A stretch of 64,000 bases of DNA, taken from Felis catus (lineage: Eukaryota). The first letter of the stretch is position 1. Every line of letters starts with the position of its first letter. The position numbers and the translations under genes are program-made. This document shows, piece after piece, positions 49,990 through 62,940 of this stretch. The stretch spans positions 199,642,001 through 199,706,000 of the forward strand of contig NC_058368.1 in assembly GCF_018350175.1 (NCBI RefSeq), in the 5' to 3' direction. The notes under the pieces were generated by a model, which did no database searches, was not told where the DNA came from, and saw only the letters and a program-made list of their open reading frames with translations.

Positions 49990-52384
49990 TTTAATTTTTA
50001 TTTTTTATTTTTTAAAATTTACATCCAAATTTGTTACCATATAGTGAAACAATTATTTCAGGAGTAGATTCCTTAATGCTCCTCACCCATTTATCCCATC
50101 CCCCCTCCCACAACCCCTCCAGTAACCATCTGTTTGTTCCCCATATTTATGAGTCTCTTCTATTTTGTCCCCCTCCCTGTTTTATATTATTTTTGTTTCC
50201 CTTCCCTTATGTTCATCTGTTTTATCTCTTAAAGTCCTCATATGAGTGAAGTCATATGATTTTTGTCTTTCTCTGACTGACTAATTTCACTTAGCATAAT
50301 ATCCTCCAGTTCCATCCACATAGTTGCAAATGGCAAGATTTCATTCTTTTTGATTGCGGAGTAATACTCCATTGTGTATATATACCATATCTTCTTTATC
50401 CATTCATCCACTGATGGACATTTGGGCTCTTTCCATACTTTGGATATTGTTGATAGTGCTGCTATAAACATGAGGGTGTCCCTTCAAAACAGCACACCTG
50501 TATCCCATGGATAAATGCCTAGTAGTACAATTGCTGGGTGGTAGGGTAGTTCTATTTTTAGTTTTTTGAGGAACCTCCATACTGTTTTCCAGAGTGGCTG
50601 CACCAGCTTGTATTCCCACCAACAATGCAAAAGAGATCCTCTTTCTCCGCATCCTTGCCAACATCTGTTGTTGCCTGAGTTGTTAATGTTAGCCATTCTG
50701 ACAGGTGTAAGGTGGTATCTCATTGTGGTTTTGATTTGTATTTCCCTGATGATGAGTGATGTTGAGCATTTTTTCATGTGTTGGTTGGCCATCTGGATGT
50801 CTTCCTTGGAGAACTGTCTATTCATGTCTTGCCCATTTCTTCACTGGATTAGTTGTGTTTTGGGTGTTGAGTTTGATAAGTTCTTTATAGATTTTGGATA
50901 CTAACCCTTTATCTGATATGTCATTTGCAAATATCTTCTCCCATTCTGTCGGTTGCCTTTTAGTTTTGCTGAGTGTTTCCTTCGCTGTGCAGAAGCTTTT
51001 ATTTTGATGAGGTCCCAGTAGTTCATTTTTGCTTTTGTTTCCCTTGCCTCCGGAGACATGTTGAGTAAGAAGTTGCTGCAGGCAAGATCAAAGAGGTTTT
51101 TGCCTGCTTTCTCCTTGAGGATTTTGATGGCTTCCTGTCTTACATTGAGGTCTTTCATCCATTTTGAGTTTATTTTTGTGTATGGTGTAAGAAAGTGGTC
51201 CAGGTTCATTCTTCTGCATGTCGCTGTCCAGTTTTCCCAGCACCACTTGCTGAAGAGACTCTTTATTCCTTCGATATTCTTTCCTGCTTTGTCAAAGATT
51301 AGTTGGACATACGTTTGCGGGTCCATTTCTGGGTTCTCTATTCTGTTCATTGATCTGAGTGTCTGTTCTTGTGCCAGTACCATACTGTCTTGATGATTAC
51401 ATTAAAAAAATTACTCACCATGACCAAGCGGGATTTATACCTGGGATGCAGGGCTGGTTCAATATCCGTAAAACAACGTGATTCATCACACCAATAAAAG
51501 AAAGAACAAGAACCATATGATCCTCTCAATAGATGCAGAGAAAGCATTTGACAAAATACAGCATCATTTTTTGATAAAAACCCTCAAGAAAGTAGGGATA
51601 GAAGGAGCACACCTCGAGATGATAAAAGCTATCTATGAACGAGCCAACACTAATATCAACCTCAATGGGGAAAAACTGAGAGCTTTCCCCCTAAGGTCAG
51701 GAACAAGACAGGGATGTACACTCTCACTACTGTTATTCAACATAGTATTGGAAGTCTTAGCCTCCACAGTCAGACAACACAAAGAAATAAAAGGCATCCA
51801 AATCAGCCAGGAGGAGGTCAAACTTTCACTCTTTGCAGATGACATGATACTCCATGGAAAACCCAGAAGATTCCACCAAAAAACTGCTAGAATTGATTCA
51901 TGAATTCATCAGCGTTGCAGGATATAAAATCAATGCACAGAAATCGGTTGCATTCCTATACACCAACAATGAAGTGACAGAGAAATTATGGAATCGATCC
52001 CATTTATAGTTGCACAAAAAACCATAAAATACCTAGGAATAAATCTAACCAAAGAAGTGAAAAATCTATACACTGAAAACTATAGAAAGCTTATGAAAGA
52101 AATTGAAGAAGACACAAAAAAATGGAAAGATTCCATGCTTCTGGATAGGAAGAACAAATATTGTTAAAATGTCTACCCAAAGCAATCTACATATTCAAAG
52201 CAATCCCTATCAAAGTAACACCAGCATTCTTCACAGAGCTAGAACAAGTAATCCTAAAATTTCTATGGAACCTGAAAAGACCCCAAATAGCCAAAGCAAT
52301 CTTGAAAAGGAAAACCAAAGCAGGAGAAGTCACAATTCCAGACTTCAAGCTATACTACAAAGCTGTAATCATCAAGACAGTATG
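49990..52384 (-). mobile_element. 5'-truncated, 5'-inverted (twin-primed) L1: minus-strand 3' part 49990-51400, inverted plus-strand part 51401-52384
   Basis: ORF2 fragments switch strand at 51400; TSD TATGTTCTTATCTTTTT at 49973 and 52381. Confidence 0.93.
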
Positions 52385-52398
52385 TTCTTATCTTTTTT

Positions 52399-52494
52399 AA
52401 ATGTTTATTTGTTTATTTTTGAGAGAGAGAGGGAGAGAGAGAGAAAGGGAGAGAGAGAGAGAGAGGGAGAGAGAGAGAGAACAAGCAGGGGAGG

Positions 52495-52540
<46 letters not shown>

Positions 52541-52661
52541 GACACAGAATCCAAAGCAGGCTCCATGCTCTGACCTGTCAGCACAGAGCCCGACACAGGG
52601 CTCGAACTCACAAGCTGGAGACAAAGTCAGATGCTTAACCAATGGAGCCACACAGACGCCC
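52399..52661 (-). mobile_element. CAN SINE with expanded (GA)n tracts
   Basis: SINE body ending CACAGACGCCC, followed by TGGTTTTTATCTTTTT. Confidence 0.92.
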
Positions 52662-55146
52662 TGGTTTTTATCTTTTTAAAGAAAGTATCATATTGGTCTG
52701 ACAAGATGCTAAATTCTAGAAAGAATGCATTTGGTGAAAAATTTTAAGTATGACTAAATGAAGCTGATAACACTGCTTTAGGAGCGGCACCTGAGTTCTA
52801 TAACAGACCAGGAAAGTACTACTACTATTCCTACCATGCCCAGCAACTAAGAATGCTCTTATCTTCTTTTCAAGTCAAAGTGTTAAATTGCTGCTCTCTT
52901 AAAGTCCCCAAAAGACAATAGTAGGGATGTGCATAGGGGTTGTCAATCATGTGGCTAAGATGTCATCATAAGCCTCTCTGCTGCTTGAACCAAATTCCAC
53001 GGTCAGGGGGAATTCAAAACCTTCCCAAGAGTTTTTCTGATTCCACAGGTTTTTTGTTTCTCTAGCCTCCCCTAACTCTTAGATTTCTCACTCACCCATA
53101 CTTTTTGACTCCAAAGTGTAATTCAGTCCTTTCTGTTGTTTTTGTTATTAAGGCAACCACAAGGAGATTTCTCAAATTAACTATTATTTTTTTAGTCAAA
53201 ACTTATAATTTACAGCATGTAATGGGTGGCAAACCAAGAAATAGCACATAGAATGCCATCTCAAGAGAGCCAAGCCATAGCCTGAATAAAGTTTTGCTTT
53301 GTCAATTCTGATTACATGTTTCTAAACTCTAAGACTTCATCATGACCATGATGATATCCAACTTTGTCCATTTTTTTTATCACTTGGTAATGCAAACAGG
53401 AACTTCTTTGCCTGTGAGTAGGAATTTTGTACCTACTGGTTGAAGGCATAAATATATATTATTTTGTTACTAAAAGGGGAATTTATCGGCCAGACTATTT
53501 ATAGGCCAGACTATTTTTCTATCTAGCCTGAATAAACAGGAGAGGGCACACTGAAGATGCTGTGTATTGGCATAATAAAAATTTGCTATAGGGGCAAGAG
53601 AACTTCACTACATAAAGTAATTATAGCTACTATCTTTAAAGGAATTGGCAGGGGGCGAATAGCTGTCACAACTTGATTCTTCCAGTTTTATAACAGAAAT
53701 GATCTTCTTAGGGACTACCCATTGCAGCAATACTTGATATTGTTTGCAGAGTGCACATGTGCTTAGAGAGTGGTGGTGTTCCCTCCTATGTATCAGGATA
53801 GATAAGCAACTAAAGTATGCTACGATGAAGAGAAAATCTACCTATTTGCCAAGTGCATATTGCTTTCAACTCTTGTCCTGATCAGATCCCCCCCTCAACT
53901 AATCAGTAGTACTTTTATTAGCTTACGTAGGTGGATGCCATTTGGCAAATTATGAAACAGTTTGTTATGCTTTTTAAAAAGTCAATAATACAACATCTGA
54001 TTCTTGTTAACAAAAAGTTTCTTCCCTTGAATACTTTCATTACTTTTGACTGTGGATTTATAACCAGTTGTTATTTCCATTGACTAACCCAACTTTTCTA
54101 GTCTCTGGTTCTGTGTAACTGGAGCCCAGTAGACTTAATCACATTTAAAGATGACTTAAGTAGCTGAACTTTGCCTTAGCTTGAAACTGTGAATTTAACT
54201 GTGCCTTGATATGCATTAGCTGCCTAATCAATCACTCAGCTGGCTACACATTGTACTGTAGGAGAATTTGTCTGTATGTTCATGTGAAAAATAATGGAAA
54301 TCGGTTCAGAAGAATACCCGATGGACTCTCAAATCATTAATTTTTGGATTAGGCCTTTACTTTGGCAACATGTGTACAAATAAACAAGCATGACTGAAAT
54401 TAATTTATTGCATTCAAGAGACATCTGTAATTCGGCAGTTACTCGGCGAGAAAGAATTAAACAATTTCAGCTTTGACCATATCCCTTTTTATTCCAGCTA
54501 AACAAACCTCGCCTTCCTAAATTACTCAGATCCTCTCTTCCAGCTGATAGGAAAACAAAGGGCCTCATAAATGAGCCTTTCTTTGTATTTGTAAATTTTA
54601 ATACAAATAAAAACACAAGGATGGCATTAAAGTGTCATGAAAGACCAGTTTAGAGATAAATTAAAGACTAATACTAATTGCCTCAAGTAGATCTTGGGCA
54701 TCTGTGCCAAAGTATTGCAGTACATGCTAAGTGAGAGAACAGGAACTGAGCTCATCCCCTTTCAGTTCTGAAATGTGAAGGCTGGTGTACAAATCACCTC
54801 TGAATATCTCGTGGATCCTGGAGAGGCATATTCAACAGGATCTTATTTCAGATTTTTTCCACTATTTTAATTTAGTTCCCTTAAAAAGGGGGGGGGAGCT
54901 ATTACCAAAGAAAGGTGAAAATGCAGTATGTAAGATAATCATAGTGCCATCTTATCTCATTTAGGAACACTCTCACCAAAGCTGTCAGCTGGCTAAGGGG
55001 TGAGTTGGCCTCTTCTGATCCAGGATAAGTAACCAAAAGCTAAAGGGCAATCAGAAATATGTCAGGATAAATGACAATCCTACTCCAATGATTGACAACT
55101 TAATGTTCCAGTGTATTTGAGAGTTCTGCCAGATTAGCAAACTTTT

Positions 55147-55351
55147 TTTTTAAGTTTATTTATTTTTGAGAGAGAGAGAGAGTGCACATGAGTGGGAAAG
55201 GGGCAGAGAGAGGGAGGGAAAGAGAGAATCCCAAGCAGGCTTTGCCAGCACAGAGCCCAACACAGGACTCAAACCTATGAACTGTGAGATCATGACCTGA
55301 GCCAAAAACCAAGAGTTCGGTGTTTAACCAACTGAGCCACCCAGGTGCCCC
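55147..55351 (-). mobile_element. CAN SINE
   Basis: TSD AGATTAGCAAACTTTT / AGATTAGCAGACTTTT. Confidence 0.93.
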
Positions 55352-55511
55352 AAGATTAGCAGACTTTTTAATCCCAGATGACTGACTGGGGAGATGTGTT
55401 ACTGGAAGGCTTGCAGGAAGAAGGGAGAGGGAGAGAGAGAGAGACAAAGATAAATCCAGGTGGTAGGATAATGGAAGAGGAGGAGGAGGGAGACATTTAG
55501 TGATGATGGAA

Positions 55512-55810
55512 AGAAGCCATCAACCTGTGAAAAATCAACCTATAGAATGGGAGAAAATATTTACAAACCATGTATCTGATAAAGGATTAATATCCAAAAT
55601 GTATAAGGAACTCATACAACTCAGTAGCAAATAGATACATAATCTGACTTTAAAATGAGCAAAATACCTGAATAGATACTTGTCCAAGGAAGACATACAA
55701 ATAGCCAACAGATGTATGAAAATGTGCTTAACATCACTAAGCATCAGGGAAACGCAAATAAAAACCACAATGAGATTAGCATTTAACACCTTTTAGGATG
55801 ACTTTTATCA
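55512..55810 (+). mobile_element. Old L1 ORF2 fragment
   Basis: CAACCTATAGAATGGGAGAAAATATTT...TCTGATAAAGGATTAATATCCAAAAT...CAAATAAAAACCACAATGAGAT. Confidence 0.85.
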
Positions 55811-58800
55811 CTTATGTACTCTGGCTGGGGTGGACAAGAAGATGAAAAGATATTAAAAATGCATTTTTTCTTTGTACATAAGAATCCTTCTGTCACTTGG
55901 TATTGTTTTGAGAATTTTGTGGAAGTAAATTGAATGGAATAAGTTCTAGTTATTGAATACCCACTATGTATTTGCTCTTACAACAACATTATAAGGACAC
56001 TTATCTGGATTTATCAGGAAACTAAACCTCCAAGAAGTTAATATGATAAGAGATTTGCTCAAGTCGTACATATAACGGAAGTAGAATTGGGGTTGACTGA
56101 ACCTGGATCTGGCTTCAAAATCTCAAGATGTTATACTGCCCTCTCCAAAGTGCCAAACTTCCCTGACTGCAGATTAAAATCTCTGCATTAAGTATTTAAT
56201 CATTCAAGGAGATTATGTTTCTTTAAGAATGAATATTTCATTATATGAAAATGTCATCTTCTTGATATGGGTTCTATTCCACAGAAAATTATTTTCTATA
56301 TTCAGTTAGGACTTGGATTATAACAAAGCAATGCAGAAGGCAGACGTAAGGTCAGAAAATCCATTTAGCATTGTTTGGACAATTTCATGGCACATAATTT
56401 GTGCTTTTATTTTAACTTAAAATGTTAAAAATACGAAATGATTATTGACCTATGAAGTTCAAACTAATTTGTAATCCATTTTGTCTAAAAAGGATTTCAG
56501 TTCACTTGAATAGTTAGCTAAGTATTTTTTACTTCTTCATCTCTCCTAACTAGATTGTTCTAATCTTTGGGGCCAGAGAATATCCTAGCCATCTTTATTT
56601 CTCCAGCAGTACCTATAGTTCCTGATATGGTTAAGTGACCAACATTTGTTGAATTATTCCTGCTGAGATGACTTAACAATGGAGTATACAAAGAAGGGCT
56701 TCTAAGAAAAGAACTGTGTTGATTGTCTCTCAAAAGAAATAGAATATTTTAGAATCAAGGCTAGGTGGAATGATTCAAGATGGACACTCTTTACAGATTA
56801 GTAGATGACCCTTTCGAGTCTTCAAATATCAGTAACTCCCATTGAATGAAAACATGCTTATATTTTAAATTTGTCACTTTATGAATATGTTTCCAGGTCA
56901 GCAACAATTATTGTACACTTATAATCGGTATTATTATTTCTGCTCTTTTATAAGGGAACAAAAGAGACAGGTGCACTGAGGAGCAGGCACACAGGCTATA
57001 TTTATTCCTGGGCCCTGCTTTTATCTGTTAATAATTTTATTGGCTACCTTCTGCTTGTATTTTTCTTGCTTTTCATTTGTTAGCAGCACTTGCTTATACT
57101 TTGAGAAAATAAAAAGGGTGCCTCATAGAGTTTGGTTTTACTTTATTCTTATATTTTCACTTGCACAATATGAGTGCTATAATTCAAATGGCAATTCAAA
57201 TTCCATACTACATTATATATATTTAATACCATATTACCTGTGATGGTGAAAAACACAAGGTGAGAAATTAATAAATAATGATGGATTAAGAGTTCACTTG
57301 CTGTTGACTTTTGACAAGTTATATTACCCATCTAGATTTCAATTTTAGCATCTGAGAAATGAAGAGATTAAAGCAAATGATATACAAAGACCATTGAAAC
57401 GTTACCGTCCTATGAATGACTGCACAGTCTAGATTAGTTCATTACCTCTGTTTTTCCACTAGGAGAGTCAAGTTACTTGTATCATGGGGTAGATGAGTTT
57501 AGAATATAGCTTTTGCATTTCTGTTTTTCTTAACCAGAGGCCAACTTCAGGGTAAATTATATTAAGGTATTTTTTGTAGTAGTATAAATACTCTTCCTTC
57601 AACCATTTAGGATAGGCCTAGAAAGATATTGTTTTTGCCATGTCATTTCCCTAATGGGGCAAAAGCTTTCAGGAGTATTACTGCTCTCACTGATATTCAA
57701 GCTATTCTGACTATTACAAGAATTTTTTAGCTTCCTAAAACTGCCCAGTAGGGTGAAGAAATAGCCAGAATCAATCTAACTTTAGATGAAATCATATACT
57801 AATCCAAACACAAGTTAACTTGGAAGAGATTAGTCTTCACAGTGAACTTCTAGACAGTCTGTGAAAGTAGTTGCTATTTTTCCTAAGGGTATTGGGTGGG
57901 GAGGCTACCTAGCTACAAATTATACGATGAGAGCTTGTGAGTCTATAAATTATATCTAAAAGATTATTGGTGATATTCTTTTGTTACACAGAACAAATTT
58001 CCAGCAAGAAAATTACCAGGGTTGATATCTGATACCCAAGCAAGTTAAATGACAAAAAAAAGAAAAAAAGAGAGAGAGAGAGAGAATGGGAAACCTTTTA
58101 TAAGTGCCAATAAAATACTCACTGTTTCCCCTACTTTAAATGTAATTTCTTTTACTTTTTTTCTTTTATGGGCTTCACTTTTCTGACTCTGGTGATATGT
58201 AATCAAAAATGTAATATGCTCCAAAGATGGAGATGGATTGCAAAAGCCAGCCAGGGAATTTATGTTAATATTTTAGGCTACCCAGAGGATTAGAAGATAT
58301 GTCTTAGGTGTCTAGGATTTATGAAATAAATTTGGATTATGTTGCCAGCAATGGGTAACTAACACTTTGCATATACTACTAATATACACTGATATTTTAT
58401 TGAGATATAGAAAAATCTCTAAATATCCCCTCAGGTATCTGCTTGCTCCAGAACACTCACTGTTGCTTCCTTCAATTAGCAATGAAATAGTTGATAATCA
58501 CTGGCAGATGACACTAATCAACTCTGTAAATATGTTTTAAATTCATTTGAGTTTTATATGGAAATCAGTATGTCCTGAGTTGTTACCTTCCATCCAAAGT
58601 GTAAGTACCCAACTTTGAAATTAATGTTTAAGCATATGCTTATGTATTAATATTTAGATTTTTTAAAGAAAATTTACATATAGTTTAAATTAAAAATGTC
58701 TCATGAATGAATGAATGATTTACTGTTTATATCTTATTTTAAGAAGTTTTGCTGTAGTCTTATAATCTGTTCCAATATTGTGTGCTACTGTTGAAAGAGA

Positions 58801-60109
58801 ACAATGAATATTCAGAAATGTCATTGCCTTCCCCAGACAGCCTGACTTTTAGAGATTTTTGTTCTTGAAGGTTATATACAATTCTGGAAGTTTATCCCAT
58901 GAGGAGGTTATGGCCTTTGCAGCCTCTCAAATACAAATAAAGACCACTTTCTAAACTGTGGTCACAGAGATTTGCAACCACTCAAGTCTGAAGGGCAGGT
59001 TGAATTGATGTGCCATTAATTAGCCGACTCTCCATACTCTGCATTTATCAGACAGCCCATACTGACCTTGACTCAAAGAGCAGAAGGGTGACTGGCATTT
59101 ACAGTGTGATTTGGATGCCAATGGATCATTTTAGTGTGCAAAACATTGGAACTTGGTAAATAGAGAAAGATTAGTAGATAGGTAAAGAGATGTATAGATA
59201 GATGGACAGAGATCACCAGAGATGGTTTTTATGATATTGATTTAATAAACCACAATGAGAATTATTTTTTAAAATACCTCCTCCAGCCAATCTGTAGTTT
59301 CTGGGTTTTGGTAGAAATAATAGGTGCCTGGGACTTATCTATGCCCTAATGAGTGTCAGATGTTAGGAAAATCACCTGAGTGAAGTTGACAGGTCTGCAC
59401 CAGGAATTCTGCTTGTCTCTAGAAACTTCCCAGGTTGTTTGATACCTGCAATACTGTTATCAAATTGTACTTGACTTCTAAGTGCTAGTTTGATCTGAGG
59501 CATAGCTTCTTCAGTTTGTAGTGATTTTATTGTGACTACAGGAAAATCACGATTGAAGATTATGTTGCATGCATCTGCTTTGTATAATGCTTTATTTCAC
59601 TTGGAAAAAGTTCAAATGTTTGAGTGACCATAATTTTTGAGTGTTATAGACAGACAAATGAGGCTCTGGAACTTCAAGAGATAATAAGGAAGTGTTTCAT
59701 GTTTTAGGGATAACTGAAAAACATCCCTCTATTTACATAAGATGTGGTTATCTTAGAGGGCACACATTGTTTGCTTTCTCCCTACTTTGAGCCAACATAC
59801 ACATCACTCTGATTTCCTGGAGTTTCTTCACTCCTCTTCCTGCCAAATTATATCCCAGTCTCCTTTCAAAACTATTTGTAAAACACACATCCTTCAGGGA
59901 GCTTTCTGGTCTAACCCCACCGAGTTCCAGTCACTCATAATATTCCTGTTGAGTTTTACTTTTATTTTTAAAGATTCGTCATTCATTTATTGATTCATTT
60001 ACTGATTCATTATATGCACTATGCTAGGCATAGTTCTAGGCACTTGAGATATATTAGTGGACAAAAAAGATTTTGTTCTTCAAGAAACTTGTATTTCAGT
60101 TAAAGAGAA

Positions 60110-60469
60110 TATGGTGGTTAATTTCATCTGTTACTTTGGCTACGCCATGGTACCCAGATATTTGGTCAAACCAAATGTTGCTGTGAAGGTATTTTTATAA
60201 TGAGATTACTCAGACTTTGAGTAAAGCAAATTACCCTCCATAATTTGGGTGGGATCCATCCAGTATTTGTAGGCCTTAAGAGAAAATGAGTAAGGTCTCC
60301 TGAAGGATGAAGTATATTTCCAGACTGCCTTTGGACATCAGCTGCAACATCAAATCTTCCCTGGGTCACTAGCCTGTTCACCTGACTTGTGGAATTCAAA
60401 CTTGCCAGCCCCCACAATCAGGTGAGCCAATTCTTTATAAAATTAGTCTCTCTCTCTCTCTCTCTCTCT

Positions 60470-60515
<46 letters not shown>

Positions 60516-60551
60516 TTGGTTTTGCTTCTCTGGAGATCCTTGAATAATACA
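60110..60551 (+). mobile_element. ERVL solo LTR, MLT2 family, containing a (TC)n(CA)n microsatellite at 60447-60513
   Basis: GGTGGTTAATTT...GGTACCCAGATATTTGGTCAAAC...CTATTGGTTTTGCTTCTCTGGAGA...AATACA; 5-bp TSD GAGAA / GAGAT. Confidence 0.85.
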
Positions 60552-61114
60552 GAGATACATACAACAAATAGTAAACATAATAATTAACTTATATAGTATA
60601 TTAGAAGATGATAAATGTGAGAGAAAAACATGAAAAAAGTATATCAGGGTAAGGAGGGCTGGGAATGTTGAGAATGAGAATCAGGCTGTTTTATTAATTA
60701 TAGGAGTCCTCATTGTGCATATGAGATTTGAGAAAATATCTGGGATATTTAAGAGGATACTGGGAGAGTTAGCCAAGGGTGTCTCTAGGGAAAGAGCATT
60801 TCAGGCAGAGCAACTAACTGGAGCAAATTCTTAAAGCAGGAGTGTGTCCGGTGTACTCAAGAAATAGCAGGGATGTCAATATGGCTAGAATGGAAAGCAC
60901 AAAGGCTGAGTAATAGGAGATGTAGGTAGGGTGGTAACAGAAAGCCAGATGAGTTAGAGCCTCACAGCCCGCTGTAAGTGAGCCATTGTAGAGTGTTGAG
61001 CAGAAAAACGTGGTATGATTCCGATTTATGTTTTTAACCAAGTTATTCTTGCCTTCCGTCCTAAGCATAGGCTTTAGAGACCAAGGGTAGCAGCAGGGGC
61101 ATGGGTTAAGTAGC

Positions 61115-61568
61115 TATATCTGTCAGCTATTGCTCAGTAACAAACCACCCCATACTTTAGTGGCTGAAAACAAGAACCATTATTTAGCTTACAATTATGT
61201 GGGTTGGCAAATTAGGCTGGGCTGAAGTCAACTACAGGTCAGCTGGGTGGCTCTGCCTCAGGGAGCTGCCTAGCTATTGGCTTGGACAATAGGGATGACT
61301 GGGCCATGTGCTTATTCACATGATGGCAGCAAGGTTTCAAGGGAACAAGCAGAAGTGTGCAAGATCTCTTGAAGCCTAGGCTCAGAACTGACACGCTATC
61401 ACTTGAGGGTATATTATATTAGTTGAAGCAAATCAGGAGGTTTACACAAATTAAAGAATTGAAGGAACAAATTCTGTATCTTTCTAGGAGAAGCTACAAA
61501 GCCACATTACAAAGGGGCATGCTATAGAAAGGGGAAAAGTTGCTGCCATTTTTGCAAACAATCTACCT
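61115..61568 (-). mobile_element. Old MaLR LTR (MLT1H/I/J-like)
   Basis: GTCAGCTATTGCTCAGTAACAAACCACCCC...CTCTTGAAGCCTAGGCTCAGAACTG...GCCATTTTTGCAAACAATCTACC. Confidence 0.75.
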
Positions 61569-62359
61569 GGAGGTTATTTTGGATATCCAGGTGAAAGATG
61601 ATGCTTGCTTAGGCTAGGGTGGTAGCAGTGGAAGTGGTGTGATGTGGCCACAGCCCATCTCTGTTTTCAATACTGAGGCAACAGGATTTCTTGATGGATG
61701 GTAGAGAGGAGGAAAAGAGAAGAGTCAAGGGTGAGTCAGAGATTTTCAGCCTAAATTACTGGAATGATGGAGTTGCCATAACAGAAACAGAGGAGATTGT
61801 ATCTGGGACAGAGTTCTGAGAGAAGATCAGGGCTTTCATTCTGCCATGTTATTTAAAGTGTCTGTTAGACATCTAAGTAGAAATGTGAAACAGTTTGATC
61901 CTAAGACTAACACTTGAGAGAAAGGTTTAAGCTGGAGTTCTCAGCAAGTTGCTAATATTTAAAACCATGGGACTGAACAATATCACTTCAGGAATGACTA
62001 AAGACAAAAGGAAAGGACCACGTATGGAGCCCCAGAACTAATACACTAATACAAATACAGTACTTATACTAATACTGTAGTATGTTAGGAGTTCAAGAAG
62101 AAGAGGAAGAACTGATAATGGAGGCTGAGAAAGAGCAGACATTGACATGGGGAAAAACATCCCCAAAGAGTCCAGTGTCCTAGGAATCAGGAGAAGACAA
62201 TGAATTGGAGAGTTGAAAATGATTGTGCCAGTTGCTCCAGACAGATCACCTGAGATTATTGCCAGACAGATCATTTGAGGACTGTTGCAAGAACAAGCTT
62301 TGGGACCTTTTCTGCTATATTTTCTATCAAGAAAATATTTCCATCTGGACTATCACAGG

Positions 62360-62472
62360 AGTGGCGGTGGTAGTAGTAATAGTAGTACTAGGAATGTCAT
62401 GGTGGTGGTAGTAGTCATAGTGGTAGCAATGGGAGCAGTAGTGTAGTGGCAGCAGCAGCAGCAACAGCAGCA
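62360..62472. repeat. Low-complexity trinucleotide tract (GTG/GTA/GCA)
   Basis: Read directly from the sequence; probably derived from the tail of the adjacent MIR. Confidence 0.8.
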
Positions 62473-62483
62473 TGCTCCGGGTA

Positions 62484-62940
62484 TGTGGGGAAATAGGTTC
62501 TACTTTACATAAATGGGTTGGGGAAAAGCTTAGGGTGGAAAGCTGCCACCCTGGGGCAAAAGTTCACGAGGTTAGCTAGCAAGATATCGTAATGGGATCA
62601 CGAGTAACTTCCTATGTCACCTGTGGGAAATTACTTTCTCTCTGATGCCATGATACGATTGTGCTTTGATCACAAACTCCACTCACTGCCCAGACCCTTT
62701 GCTTATTACACATACAAGTTAATGACTACTGTCTGATGGTTTTCTCCGCATTCACATGTGTAAGATCTTGTTTTCTTCATGTTCACCACGTGGGTAATAC
62801 CTTGTGCGCTGAATAAATATGGAGATGAAACCCCTGTTCGGGGCTCTTGTCTCCTTCCAGACATTAGCCTCTCTCATATTTAATTCTGTGTCCGCTCTCT
62901 GGCTGGACAAGAGAGAACCCCGGACTCATAGTCTGTCACA
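62484..62940 (+). mobile_element. Solo LTR (457 bp) related to the one at 12134-12970, inserted in a MIR
   Basis: TGTGGGGAAATAG...GACTCATAGTCTGTCACA; AATAAA at 62812; flanks CGGGTA / TAGGTA; MIR sequence continues at 62941-63110. Confidence 0.85.

Larger units (their letters stand above)
59978..62280 (-). mobile_element. L2 LINE remnant interrupted by MLT2 and MLT1 LTRs
   Basis: The reverse-complement L2 3' end (TTCATTTATTGATTCATT...CACTATGCTAGGCATAGTTCTAGG) is followed by purine-rich L2 body motifs (CCAGGTGAAAGATGATG, GAGTCAAGGGTGA, GTTAGACATCTAAGTAGA). Confidence 0.72.

Noticed and set aside
53488..53516. Short direct duplication GGCCAGACTATTT (similar case TTGAAAGTACTACAGAA at 19555 and 19589)
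   Set aside because: Ordinary slippage-type micro-duplications with no element between them.
59521..59550. Hairpin GTGATTTTATTGTGACTACAGGAAAATCAC
   Set aside because: Only 30 nt, too short for a pre-miRNA, and plausible by chance in 64 kb.
62454..62472. CAG run as a polyglutamine exon
   Set aside because: A short run within a mixed trinucleotide tract next to a MIR, with no supporting ORF or splice context.
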